From contig JAANOX010000048.1 of the NCBI GenBank assembly GCA_020184695.1, positions 1 to 64,000 on the forward strand: a stretch of DNA of 64,000 nucleotides, given 5' to 3'. Source of the stretch: Histomonas meleagridis 2922-C6/04-290x. Taxonomy: Eukaryota; Protista; Parabasalia. Of the stretch, positions 29,353-39,826 are shown one piece after another. The notes beneath the pieces were generated by a model. It had not been told where the DNA came from and did not search any database. It worked only from the letters and a program-made list of their open reading frames with translations. The position numbers were made by a program, and so were the translations under genes. Position 1 is the first letter of the stretch. Every line of letters begins with the position of its first letter.

Positions 29353-31084
29353 TGTGGTAAGAGAAAAGCGCCTGACTTCACTTTCTCCACTTTTTGAATG
29401 ATCTCATAGAATAAATTCTATTTGTTAATAGAAAAAAATATCATACGAACTTTTTGAATTGCATTTACGACAGGGGGCCCCGAAATGATCGCCGATACCA
29501 CTTTTTGAGTGCCCTCAAAAAGTGGTATCGGCCCGTCCGTGCCTGTGAACGACTATTAATCCTGCTTGTAGTCGCAACTTTTTAATGATACTAAGCGAAT
29601 ATATTATATGTGTGCATCGAAATTTAAAAAAATTGAATGGTTTACAAAACATACCGATACCACTTTTTTTGAATGTTTTATTCAAAAAGTGGTATCGGCA
29701 TATATTGATAATAGAAGAAAAATACCAATATATTAATATATAGTTGCACGAGCTAGCTGGATGCGTCCAGTTCGATTAAGCACATGAAAATTAAGCAATC
29801 GTTGTTCATATCAGTACTAGGCTTATATAATATAAGTAAACATAAAAATAATAATAAAAATCAAATGAGATGGAATTATTTAATCATTTCAATGCAAGCA
29901 TCAGTTTGACCTGTATACCTATCCATTGTGCGCCATGCTTCATAGGGTGTTAAGGATTGGTGAGTGAGTTTTCTCAAACTTCGATGCGTCCAAAAATAAT
30001 TATATTCATGAATTATGCTATTAATCTTAGGAATGCTCCATGCAACATTTGGTCCTTTGGCACGTTCAATCGTCAACCAAAAACGTTCTATCTTACCATT
30101 CTCCTCTGGAGTATAGGGGTGAGTACGGTAATCTTCAATACCATAAAGCTGGAGTATAAATTGAAATGGATTGCCGGTAAATTCTCCCCCATTATCAATA
30201 GTCAGCATTTTAGGTCGATGTACAACAGAACCTAGAGCTTTAATAAGCGCCGTGGCACAAGCTTCAGAAGTCTTACTTGATAGGACTTCATAATAGATCA
30301 GGAAGCGAGAACGATCATCAATGAATTCAAGGAGATAAAATCGTTCTCCTTCAATGGTAACATAGTGAATATCTGCATGCCATAACTGATTAGCATATTT
30401 TGCAACGAAAAGACGGAGATGTTCTTTGGGGAGCTTTTCAGGTTTCTTGTAACAAAGCAGTTTCTGTTCAGTAAATATCTTCCTAACTGACCACTCAGTA
30501 GTTGCAATGTTATGTCGCTTAGCAGACTCAGCAGTTCGTTGGTAGCCAACATGGTATTTGTCTTTGTAGTCGAGGCAAAAATTAACTTCCTCTTCTTTGA
30601 TTTCCTTTGACGGTCTCCCTCGGCTAGGAATTGCTATCCCCTCGAGTTTGCAAATTGCATGGATCTTCTCTCGACTGATATGGAATATTTTCCGTGTATC
30701 TTCGACTCCATTGTCATTAATTGATTGACGGAATGCTTGGATATCGATGCCATTTCTCGGATCGTCGTTACTTGAGTTCTTCTTCATTGAAAAAATAAAC
30801 CATTGAAAAAGTGGAAACGATACAATGGGGCACCCCCTCATATAAACAACAAGAAAGTGACGGAATAAACTTTTGAATTCTCATATACAAACAATTCTAT
30901 GAGTTCCATCAAAAAGTGAAGGGAATTAAAAATTCAGTACAAAGTTCACTTTTTGATAAATCTCATATGAAATTTTCTTTTACTCGTTGTAAAATCCACT
31001 TTTTGAATCATCTCATACAAACAATTCTATGAGTTCATTCAAAAAGTGGAGAAAGTGAAGTCAGGCGCTTTTTCTCTTGCAACA
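29353..31084 (-). mobile_element. Complete IS481EU-type DNA transposon (1732 bp)
   Basis: 5'-TGT...ACA-3' ends; ~60-bp TIRs (29353-29412 and 31024-31084, 3 mismatches plus 1 indel); perfect 15-bp TSD; intact rve-type transposase. These features match IS481EU as described for parabasalids (recalled from the literature, not searched). Confidence 0.9.
29876..30787 (-). CDS. IS481-like DDE transposase
   Basis: N-terminal HTH-like region, RGRP, W(H)ADIHY (D), FIDDRSRF, LTIDNGGEF (D), PYTPEENGKIERFW (E). An alternative upstream ATG lies at 30841. Confidence 0.9.
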   Translation of the reverse strand: MKKNSSNDDPRNGIDIQAFRQSINDNGVEDTRKIFHISREKIHAICKLEGIAIPSRGRPSKEIKEEEVNFCLDYKDKYHVGYQRTAESAKRHNIATTEWSVRKIFTEQKLLCYKKPEKLPKEHLRLFVAKYANQLWHADIHYVTIEGERFYLLEFIDDRSRFLIYYEVLSSKTSEACATALIKALGSVVHRPKMLTIDNGGEFTGNPFQFILQLYGIEDYRTHPYTPEENGKIERFWLTIERAKGPNVAWSIPKINSIIHEYNYFWTHRSLRKLTHQSLTPYEAWRTMDRYTGQTDACIEMIK

Positions 31085-31099
31085 AAACAGTGCTTTTAG
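31085..31099. repeat. Right 15-bp target-site duplication
   Basis: AAACAGTGCTTTTAG immediately after the ACA terminus. Confidence 0.92.
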
Positions 31100-31214
31100 A
31101 ACGCAATACATCGCCACTTTTTAAAATTGAATGAAAAGTAAAATCATGGCACTTTTCTTTCATCGAAACAGTTCAAACATAAAAAAAATTTAAATTTCGA
31201 ATATATATAAACAT

Positions 31215-32999
31215 TTATTCACTATTTGCAACAATTTTCTCGAACAAAAAGGTTTTTGCTAATGATTCAGAGCTATATTCACTTTTTTCAAGTTCGTTAT
31301 CTGGTATTTTACTAATTTTTAATATTGCTTCTTTTATTTCATCAAATGATTTTTGATCCATTCCTTTTGGTTTTTTTCTATATTCTGCAATCCATGCTGT
31401 TTGTAATAAGCTATGAAGGTAATTCGGGTAATGATTAAAATCACCATCTGTTGAATATGTTATAATTTTATTAATTTCTTCGAACACTGTTCTTGGGTTT
31501 AGAAGTCGTTCAATTGATTTTTGTAAATCATTCACTTTATTTTTCTCTTTTGAAAGGAATTCAGGAAGTCTATATTCTGAATGAAAAACATTTAAATTAT
31601 TTCTAATTTCATCTAAAAACTTATCTTCGAAATCATCTGGAGGTTGTTGTAAATAATTTTGTATTTGTGAAACTATCATTCTTAATTTCTGTCCTTGAGC
31701 CTCAGCTACATTTGCAGCCAAAGCTTTCAGTATTACAGAAGACGGCAAATATTCAAACATATTTGAGATAAGTGACAACAATTTATTAAATGCATCGAAT
31801 GATTTATCAGCACTTAAAAATATTTCTCCACTTAAAATGGAGAAGCAAACAGAAAAACAATTATAAATAACGTCAATGTTTGGCTCAAAATAAAATGGAA
31901 GTATTGATTCAATACATGAAACAGCTTTAACAAGAACAATTGAAGATGTATTAAATCGTATCATTATCGAAACTATGTTTTTAACGAAATCTGGAATATA
32001 AGAAAGTTGTGCTTGACTTTCTAATGTTTCTGTGTATTCTCTAAGAGATTTAATTGCTTCGTTTTCTTCGGGTATATCTGAAGTAAGTGTTAAAATATCG
32101 ATTTCATTTAGTTCGGGATCTTTTCCCATTATGCGTAATACTTCGACTGAAAGATTTGATATACTTTTGTTTCGATGATATACACCTGTTTGAAGTCTAT
32201 TACATATACTGTTCTCTAATGTCGCAAGTTTGCATAATGAATTAACGACTAATTTATGTATTGATTTGGAGTAATCACATATATGTATAAGAACGGCAAA
32301 TAATATATTGGATTCTTGTTTATGAATATGCCCAAGTTCAAGAAATTTTTCAAGAAATATGAGGGCATTGTAAATGGATTCTTCATTGGAAAGTGTTATA
32401 ATAAGTGAAACATATAAAAGAAAAAAATCTGAATTAGTTATAACTTTTTTTCGATCATTTTTTAGCATTAATGTAAGTGCTTGAAATGCTTTTTGAAATG
32501 AAAAGTCATCATTCGAAATATCAGTTTCAATAATTAACTCAGGAACAAATGATGACTGTTTGTGTATAGGAATTGAGCTATTTGTGCTTATAACAGAACT
32601 TTTGGATTTGGTACTACTAATTGATAATCGTGATATTTGATGTGTGGTGAAATATGATGGAAATAATAAATTGTAAACAGAAAATGAAAAAAGATCACTC
32701 GCTATTTTCTTGGTATATGTGTAAAGAGCTTGAATTTGAGAATCATTTCCAAATATTTTGGGTCTTCCTTTTAACTCAATTGGAAGATATCTTGGAGAAG
32801 AAAAATTTTGCTTAAAGGTAGATGTGGCTAATTTAGTTTTAGCTGATATTTCTGGAAGATTGTTCACATTTTCTGATTTTGATTTCAATTTTGCTTCAAT
32901 TGAAGTTTTTGCATTTCCATTTTTTCTTTGTGCTAATTTTGATACTGTTCCTCTCTGTGGAATCATAGAACGACTTTTATTCGTCTTTATTTTATCCAT
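31215..32999 (-). CDS. Helical (HEAT/ARM-like) protein with basic N-terminus
   Basis: 594-aa open frame with a basic, low-complexity N-terminus followed by Leu/Ile-rich helical repeats. Confidence 0.7.
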   Translation of the reverse strand: MDKIKTNKSRSMIPQRGTVSKLAQRKNGNAKTSIEAKLKSKSENVNNLPEISAKTKLATSTFKQNFSSPRYLPIELKGRPKIFGNDSQIQALYTYTKKIASDLFSFSVYNLLFPSYFTTHQISRLSISSTKSKSSVISTNSSIPIHKQSSFVPELIIETDISNDDFSFQKAFQALTLMLKNDRKKVITNSDFFLLYVSLIITLSNEESIYNALIFLEKFLELGHIHKQESNILFAVLIHICDYSKSIHKLVVNSLCKLATLENSICNRLQTGVYHRNKSISNLSVEVLRIMGKDPELNEIDILTLTSDIPEENEAIKSLREYTETLESQAQLSYIPDFVKNIVSIMIRFNTSSIVLVKAVSCIESILPFYFEPNIDVIYNCFSVCFSILSGEIFLSADKSFDAFNKLLSLISNMFEYLPSSVILKALAANVAEAQGQKLRMIVSQIQNYLQQPPDDFEDKFLDEIRNNLNVFHSEYRLPEFLSKEKNKVNDLQKSIERLLNPRTVFEEINKIITYSTDGDFNHYPNYLHSLLQTAWIAEYRKKPKGMDQKSFDEIKEAILKISKIPDNELEKSEYSSESLAKTFLFEKIVANSE

Positions 33000-34696
33000 A
33001 AAAATTCTTCCGTACGTTTAAAATGAGAAAGTGAAACGTTAGAGTGCCACACCCCGCGGCAAAAAGTGAAGAATCCGATTAAAAATGATCTAAAAAGTTA
33101 AATTGACGGCCAATAATAAAAAGGAAATATCTTTATCATTTCGAATAATAAACTAATATTGATGGCAAAAATGGTTATTTATTTTATTCGTTGATTTAAA
33201 TATAATTTTTATATATTGAGAAATAAATTTTCAAATGAAAAAAGAAGATACGAACTTGTTCTATTATTGATGTGTTCGGAATTATTTTTTTTAGCTGAAT
33301 AACAAAACGACATCCCTAATTATATAATTATCTTAAAAATATAACAAAAATATTTTAACATATCTTGCAATGTTTAAAAATCTTATACCAACATATTGCC
33401 AGAGTAAAAAAGGATTGAAGTCTCATATCTGGACTTCTAGTGAATAAATGATATTTTTAAAAACATTGTTTTATTATAGAAGATGTATGTACTAATAAAC
33501 TATAATTCCTTGTCGGTGAAGATATAATTTTGCTTGAAATTTTGGGCACCATCACAAAAATTCTGGCTGCATTCTCGTAAAAATTTGTAATTAAATATTT
33601 CTTCCTTATATAATTATGCATACCACATTGAAGAATGCACTTAAATATAATATTATAAGCCTGAGAACTTCTAAGGAGATTTGTAAAAAATTCGAAAAAG
33701 TAGATTTATCATGCCTATCCAGGAATTTAATTGTACAAACAACTTTAACTTAATTGAGCTAGTTACTTAGATCCTTGAGAAATATTCATCCTTAATTATC
33801 AAATGCATCTCAATGTAATACAAGGTAACACGTCAAATAATATTAAAATTTTTTAAATATGATCTGTATTTAAGAAAATATGTCTCAAAGTGGATCCCAT
33901 AAGAGTTAATAGGAATTAGGGGAAATTTCCTAAATGAAATGATATAACATTCGAATAGCTTTTTAGAAATCCTGAAGAAAGTTACTTAAGAATTTGAAGA
34001 ATTTTATTAATATAATAACAAGTGATCGACCATTGTTGTATTTATGGTATGAAAGTTTTACATATTTACTTTATCAGCTGATAAAGTTCTAATACATAAC
34101 TCAATGTCAATTTTATCTAAAAATTTATGATGTAACATTCTTCTAAAAGTACATAAATATAATCAACAACATTTATTTGATAAATTACTACCTGAAATTT
34201 AATTTATTACTGATAAAATATAGGGTAAACTGGATTTGGAAAATATGGATATGAATTCATATCGAAAATTGCAACCAATAAATTGACGATTTCAAAAGAT
34301 AGAAAAGTTCCTCAATCACACTATTCAATTGACATCACAAGATCTTGTGATTTTTGATTATTTGGAAAAGTATAAAAAATATATAAAGATAAAAGATGAA
34401 CATGACACAAAAACATGCATTTTCGTCGTTAAAAAGCAAAAAGTCTTTGAGAGCCTTAAAATGACTTTAAATAATGAATGGAAAATTTAATCCATATTAT
34501 TAAGCACAGTAAAGAAACACTTTACTAAAGAAAAATCAGGATAAATTTCCTTCCATTGATTGATCGGAGGTTCCAATCATTGTTTTTCTGATAAACAAAA
34601 GATTCCGATCATATTTATTTCGATATCAACAAAATTCTTTTTCATTAATTTCAAATATTTTTTATTTATTTAATTTCAGAACACATCGAATTCATT

Positions 34697-36010
34697 TTAC
34701 ATATTTTGGACATCCACAGAATTTGCCCAAATCATCGCCACCATTATAGCTGCAGTTACTATTGTTTCCAATATTGCTATAATGCTTACTACTTTTGATT
34801 GGAACTTAAACATTGCCAAGTAGCACACGGAAGGAATTATATACATTAGCAACATCATCGCAGTGTTTGCGATTATCGAAAATATCTTATAAACAATGTT
34901 TGGCACGAACACGAAGAAGTCGCATAACAAAACCACTGCTAAACCTGTCACAACTCTTACAGAGTAAATTGACATTTTACCTAAAATTGGATTTTCGCTT
35001 AAATCCTCGCAAAACAATGAAGTAATTTGATCGACAAGTAAATAGTTATACATCACTGAGATATAAATATAATTAATTGCTAATGATATCTTACCGATTA
35101 AAGTAATTGGATTGTTTTCGAAATAAAAGAAAAATGAATTACTTCCATCATTGTATGTATACAAAGTAAAATAACAGAAAAGACCAGTAAGAAATGTAAG
35201 TATAATGCTGATGATAGATGACATTCCGTACCCAATTAAGATCCGACGCTTTGTTGGGTTTCGGAAGTGGGAGACAAATGATGAAAATAATGGGTGCAAA
35301 AATAATATGGAATTAAACGTTTGGAAACAATCAATAATGCTCTTGAAGTCTGTGGTGAAATATTTGATTTGATTCCCGGAATCAAGGCCTGATGAACTAA
35401 GTTTAAATTTGAAAAGTATAATGACACAAATAAAGCCTAAAATAAAACATAAGTTGCCAATTGCAGAAACTAGTGTCAAGCCTGAGAAATTTTGATTAAA
35501 TAAACTTGGAATTGTAAAGATTATTGAAAATACATATACCCAAAAGAAATCATTATTGGCAAGTGATTCAGGAAGACCAATAGTACTGATGGACATTAAT
35601 GATTTGATGATGTTTAAAAAGTTAATAATGGCATCTGCACTAACACTAACAAAATAAATAATTAGAAGAGCTGAAGGAACCCATGAAAACTTATTCCCGA
35701 AAATATTTCCCCAAATTTTTTGGTGTGTAATTATCGAAGAATTAGACCATGATTTAAGGAAAAGTCTGAAAGTGAAATTTGCAAAAAATAGAGCAACAAT
35801 ACAGCAGATGATAGCAGTCGCAATTCCACTATTAAAGTTGCTTCCACATAAAAAAGGTGTAACACCAATGCTAGCTCGAATCATTATAAATATACAAACA
35901 AACATTGGAACTTTGTCACTTCCTCCTGTATCTTCAAGGAATATGCTTTGATCCATGGATTGTCGACTGTTGAATTTATATGTTGAAAGAAGTGCGTCTC
36001 CACCTATCAT
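34697..36010 (-). CDS. Amino acid transporter (Aa_trans/AAAP-like)
   Basis: About 11 hydrophobic segments; IGVTPF..G..F..GI; SAIGNL; HP; FCYFTLY; 437 aa. Confidence 0.78.
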   Translation of the reverse strand: MIGGDALLSTYKFNSRQSMDQSIFLEDTGGSDKVPMFVCIFIMIRASIGVTPFLCGSNFNSGIATAIICCIVALFFANFTFRLFLKSWSNSSIITHQKIWGNIFGNKFSWVPSALLIIYFVSVSADAIINFLNIIKSLMSISTIGLPESLANNDFFWVYVFSIIFTIPSLFNQNFSGLTLVSAIGNLCFILGFICVIILFKFKLSSSGLDSGNQIKYFTTDFKSIIDCFQTFNSILFLHPLFSSFVSHFRNPTKRRILIGYGMSSIISIILTFLTGLFCYFTLYTYNDGSNSFFFYFENNPITLIGKISLAINYIYISVMYNYLLVDQITSLFCEDLSENPILGKMSIYSVRVVTGLAVVLLCDFFVFVPNIVYKIFSIIANTAMMLLMYIIPSVCYLAMFKFQSKVVSIIAILETIVTAAIMVAMIWANSVDVQNM

Positions 36011-36130
36011 TGCGATTTTGAAGTTTTCAGAAGGTTAAAAAAACGTATTTCATTCAAATTATGAATGCTTTACATATATAAATATTTATCGTTGTAAAAA
36101 TGACTACCTATTTGAATTTCCAAACTAAGA

Positions 36131-36679
36131 ATGGAATCAACAAACGAACCTCTCGAAGAAATCCATTTTAGTTTTGTTGTAGGTGGGAAATCAACAGCTA
36201 AGACAAATATTTGCAAAAGATTTTGTGAATTACAACCAACTCTTGTATCTCACAAAAAAATCTTTATTCATGTATGGGAGATAGCAAGTCAAGAAGAATA
36301 CATCGAGGTTGCTCCAATATACTTGAGAAATTGCTCATTTGCAATGATATGTTTTGATACGTCAGACGCTCAAGGATTTCAGAAGGCTGATTTATGGATT
36401 AACTATATTAAAAGCGTAAAACCAAATTGTCAAATTGCCGTTGCAGCAAATAAATGTCATTGTAGCCAAAATGATGTAGAAATGAAACAAATAAAGTCAT
36501 ATGCTAGTTCCAAAGGTTTACCTTGTTATTTGGTCGATGGCCATAGTGATGATGACATTAAAAATCTATTTGATCAATGCGTCCATAATGTTTATGAAAA
36601 TTATATTAAATTTCAACCACCTAAGCAAACAGTTGATCTTGCAAAAAGCAAAGAAACCAAAGGGAATTGCTTCCAATAA
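36131..36679 (+). CDS. Divergent Rab-like small GTPase
   Basis: WEIASQEEY (WDTAGQE-like), APIYLRN, AANKCH, C-terminal GNCFQ. G1 is degenerate (GGKSTAKT) and switch I is deleted. Confidence 0.68.
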   Translation: MESTNEPLEEIHFSFVVGGKSTAKTNICKRFCELQPTLVSHKKIFIHVWEIASQEEYIEVAPIYLRNCSFAMICFDTSDAQGFQKADLWINYIKSVKPNCQIAVAANKCHCSQNDVEMKQIKSYASSKGLPCYLVDGHSDDDIKNLFDQCVHNVYENYIKFQPPKQTVDLAKSKETKGNCFQ

Positions 36680-36790
36680 GTGTATACACATTATTTAATT
36701 AAATAAATTCATTAAACAAATTTAAAACTCCTTAAAATAATGTATACATTATGTAATATGATAGTTTATATATGTATCATTAAGATGTGA

Positions 36791-36797
<7 letters not shown>

Positions 36798-36824
<27 letters not shown>
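36798..36824 (+). repeat. Poly(A) tract (27 A)
   Basis: Direct count in the sequence. Confidence 0.9.
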
Positions 36825-37096
36825 CATATACTTATTTCCAAAGATTAAATAATATATACTCGAAAGAAAATATTTCGTAACCAAGATTTCATGTGAAATT
36901 GCTAATAAGGTTCAAATGTTTTTAAAGAAAACATAATAATCAAATTTAAATATCTAGACTTGGTATTAGATTTTGAAAAAAAGTAATAAAAAATAAATAT
37001 CTAAACAATGAATTTTATTATCAATATGCACATTTTTGGATCCCAAATAAAGATCCAGTTTGGAAATCCTCGAATTTTATTAACGGTCTCAAAAGG

Positions 37097-38629
37097 ATGG
37101 ACTTACAGGAGAGGATATTAATTTCTCAAAATCAAAGCGATCAATTATCCAATGAAGGCGGAGAGCTGTTTGAAGTCATTGACCAACTTCATCAATTTGT
37201 AAACTTTCCTGAGGAATTGCTTCTTCCTTTAAATGCGTTTGCAAGTTCCCTAAATTTGTCATGGGCTCAAGTAACGAAACCTATTCTTGATCAAATAATA
37301 TCTACAGTTACAAACACCATTCAGAATAATAAAGAAATGGCACTGCAAATCCTCCAAGTCATCCATCCTTACATTCATCAAAGATTTCTATCAAAACTCT
37401 TTCAAGAAATTTGTGAAGTATCTCCTTCCATACCTGATTATTTTCTTTTTGAATTATTTGAACTACCTCCATCAATTTTCGATAACATTTTTACTTCTGC
37501 TAAATCCAGACTTTCTATTTATTCACAATGTAAGCCCATATTTATCCGATCCGTTCTTACTACTATCAATGAATTTTGTTGTAATCCATTAAATCTTGAT
37601 TTATTTCTCAACAATATCCGTACTCGTGTTACACAAAAAAAGAATGAAGATGGGGTCAAAGTTCGAAATTTTTCTACATCCAAACTTAATCCTCAACTTT
37701 CTGAATTTCATCATTCCATTTGTTCCGAACCCATCGAAAAGTTACTTTCCATTGCAGGTGAACAGCTTCATTTCTATCAAGAGATTTGTAGTATTCTTCG
37801 TGACATATGGGAGAAAACCGGTAATTCCTTAACTGCATCACTTCGACTTGAATTAGCATTTAAATCACAGCAAACTCAATTTAAAGATCCATTGTTACCA
37901 TTTGCCAAAAGTATATTTAATCTTTTTGATAGCGGCAAGCCCAATTATCTTGAACAAAACTTTCGAGCGTTACCCGATTTTCGTTTTATTACATATGATC
38001 CACTTTTACGCTTTTATCTCTATTGTGAATTTATACGACGGACATTTGAGCGCATTAAGAAATGTCGATATGAGCCATATGAAAATCGTACAGAACAAAA
38101 CAAATTTCTTTTTTTGTTAACGCCAATGATGCAAGATGAAGAACGCGAAGATCTTTCGAATAATATCGAAGCAATTTTCATTGCATTTGATTTAGGTGAA
38201 CCTCGTTTTAGTGAATGTTTAGATGCGCTACAAAAGGATACAAAGGTTAACGACGAATCTTCGCATCTGATAATGTTTGTTGGTCAGTTGTACCTCGAAT
38301 TACATGACTCACCAGCTTTGATCGAAATCGCATCAAATGAAAACGTAGCGCCTGATGTGATTGTTGGCTATTTGATGATGAGATGGTTGGCACTTATGGG
38401 GCTAACAGATGCTTCTGCTCACTCTATGCTGAGATTAATCATTTGTTGGGCGCGAAAGGACAGATTTATACTTTCTTATTTGTTGGCATTGTTGGAATGT
38501 CGATTAGATAAAAGAATGAAACAAGAACAAGAAATAATCGGAAATATAATTAATGAAATTGGAGAATGTTGTTTTGAAGGTATAGAAAAAGCAATGTTTG
38601 AACATATTTGCTCTGTGTTAAATCAATAA
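37097..38629 (+). CDS. NELF-B/COBRA1-like protein (tentative)
   Basis: IEKLLSIAGEQLHFYQEICSILRDIWEKTGNSLTASLRLEL resembles NELF-B V..L..M.G....LY..VLQFLRTLF..T.N..YCTLR.EL. The N-terminal helices and the ~510-aa size are also compatible. Confidence 0.6.
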   Translation: MDLQERILISQNQSDQLSNEGGELFEVIDQLHQFVNFPEELLLPLNAFASSLNLSWAQVTKPILDQIISTVTNTIQNNKEMALQILQVIHPYIHQRFLSKLFQEICEVSPSIPDYFLFELFELPPSIFDNIFTSAKSRLSIYSQCKPIFIRSVLTTINEFCCNPLNLDLFLNNIRTRVTQKKNEDGVKVRNFSTSKLNPQLSEFHHSICSEPIEKLLSIAGEQLHFYQEICSILRDIWEKTGNSLTASLRLELAFKSQQTQFKDPLLPFAKSIFNLFDSGKPNYLEQNFRALPDFRFITYDPLLRFYLYCEFIRRTFERIKKCRYEPYENRTEQNKFLFLLTPMMQDEEREDLSNNIEAIFIAFDLGEPRFSECLDALQKDTKVNDESSHLIMFVGQLYLELHDSPALIEIASNENVAPDVIVGYLMMRWLALMGLTDASAHSMLRLIICWARKDRFILSYLLALLECRLDKRMKQEQEIIGNIINEIGECCFEGIEKAMFEHICSVLNQ

Positions 38630-38782
38630 ATATTTTTTATAGATGAATAACGGTTATAATCGGCTTCGATAGAATTGTATAATTTACAAATTTTACAAAA
38701 GTGTTTAATGTATTCTATTGTTTACAAAAAATGTATATATTCAAAATAATCTATGTGTTAATTGAATTCATGAAAGAATTTT

Positions 38783-39826
38783 TTGATTGTTAAAACTTTA
38801 CCTTCTTCACCAGATCCTTTCGCTAATGATGGACCTGCTTACTTCAACCCTAAGCCTCGTGTAATAACAGATCCTTTTTTAGACCCTTTAATTGATAATT
38901 CAACATTTAATTCTTCATTTTTTTCAGAAACATTTAATGATCCATTTTCTTCTCTTATGCGCAGACTCTTATTGTTTCCTAGTGAAAATTCACAAATATC
39001 TTCTCATTTCCAACAACTTTTTTTAATGAATTCTCCCACAAGTAGTTTTTTTCCTGTATTAGTTGAAATTCTCAAAAACCCCAATATCGATCAAACCAGC
39101 AAATTGTTATCAATTAAATCAATGACAAATTTTTCAATCAACAATGAAGAATTCAGTCGATTTGTCTTAGACAATTGTGCCTATTTTTTTAAACTTTATA
39201 CAAACCGTGACTTCCTCCTTGATGTTCTTGATCTTTTCCAAGCTGTTTGTGCTTATGCCACTGAACAAGATTCAAAAATAATAATTCACAAACTTTATCA
39301 AGACAATCTCATTCATTATGAAGAAAAGGGAACCATTAGACCCGATGACGTCCGTTCCCGACTCCATTGCATATATTCTATTCTTGCCAAATACGGATCA
39401 CAATTTCCAGATGAGCTTGTCAAATACATTCTTTCCCATTATAACTATCAAACTTTGGGTAAGGATCACCTTAAATGGTCCATTGCATATCCTTCTATGA
39501 CATGTATCGAACAGCTTTTGCAACAACCGGAAACGAATGCGTACAAAATATTAATGGATTCGACGTCGAAACTTAATGCGAAAATTGTTTCCGCTGTTAT
39601 ATGTTCCGTTAAGAGTAAGAAAGATAACATAAAAATACTCGCGATGAAGATATTGTTTCAATCGGTAAATCATTCATTGCAAATACAGACAATAATGAGA
39701 TGGGACTCAATATACAACAACCTGTTGTCGGCTTTAATCGCTTTGAAAAGTTTTGGCAAGAGTCAGGTCAAAGAAATGGCCGAACTGTTGTTGCAAATAT
39801 TTGAATGTCCGACTATATCGAAATAA
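38783..39826 (+). CDS. Hypothetical ARM-like protein (probable start ATG 38770 via a homopolymer frameshift)
   Basis: 347-codon open frame of helical composition. The nearest ATG is 1 nt out of frame across a T6 run. Confidence 0.62.
   Translation: MIVKTLPSSPDPFANDGPAYFNPKPRVITDPFLDPLIDNSTFNSSFFSETFNDPFSSLMRRLLLFPSENSQISSHFQQLFLMNSPTSSFFPVLVEILKNPNIDQTSKLLSIKSMTNFSINNEEFSRFVLDNCAYFFKLYTNRDFLLDVLDLFQAVCAYATEQDSKIIIHKLYQDNLIHYEEKGTIRPDDVRSRLHCIYSILAKYGSQFPDELVKYILSHYNYQTLGKDHLKWSIAYPSMTCIEQLLQQPETNAYKILMDSTSKLNAKIVSAVICSVKSKKDNIKILAMKILFQSVNHSLQIQTIMRWDSIYNNLLSALIALKSFGKSQVKEMAELLLQIFECPTISK

Noticed and set aside
31114-31125. CCACTTTTT motif outside the transposon resembling its TIR core
   Set aside because: Similar CACTTTT strings occur in several intergenic regions as Inr-like or T-rich promoter sequence, so it is not evidence of a larger element.
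33888-34490. Possible decayed RT/transposase relic (NSYRKLQPIN..FQKIEK) in the 1.7-kb intergenic gap
   Set aside because: The best frame still has about 9 stops in 200 codons and only a vague motif. This cannot be distinguished from AT-rich background without a translated search.
36798-36824. Poly(A) tail of a retrocopied Rab-like gene
   Set aside because: There is no convincing TSD and no TAAA signal at the expected distance. It is treated as a simple homopolymer.
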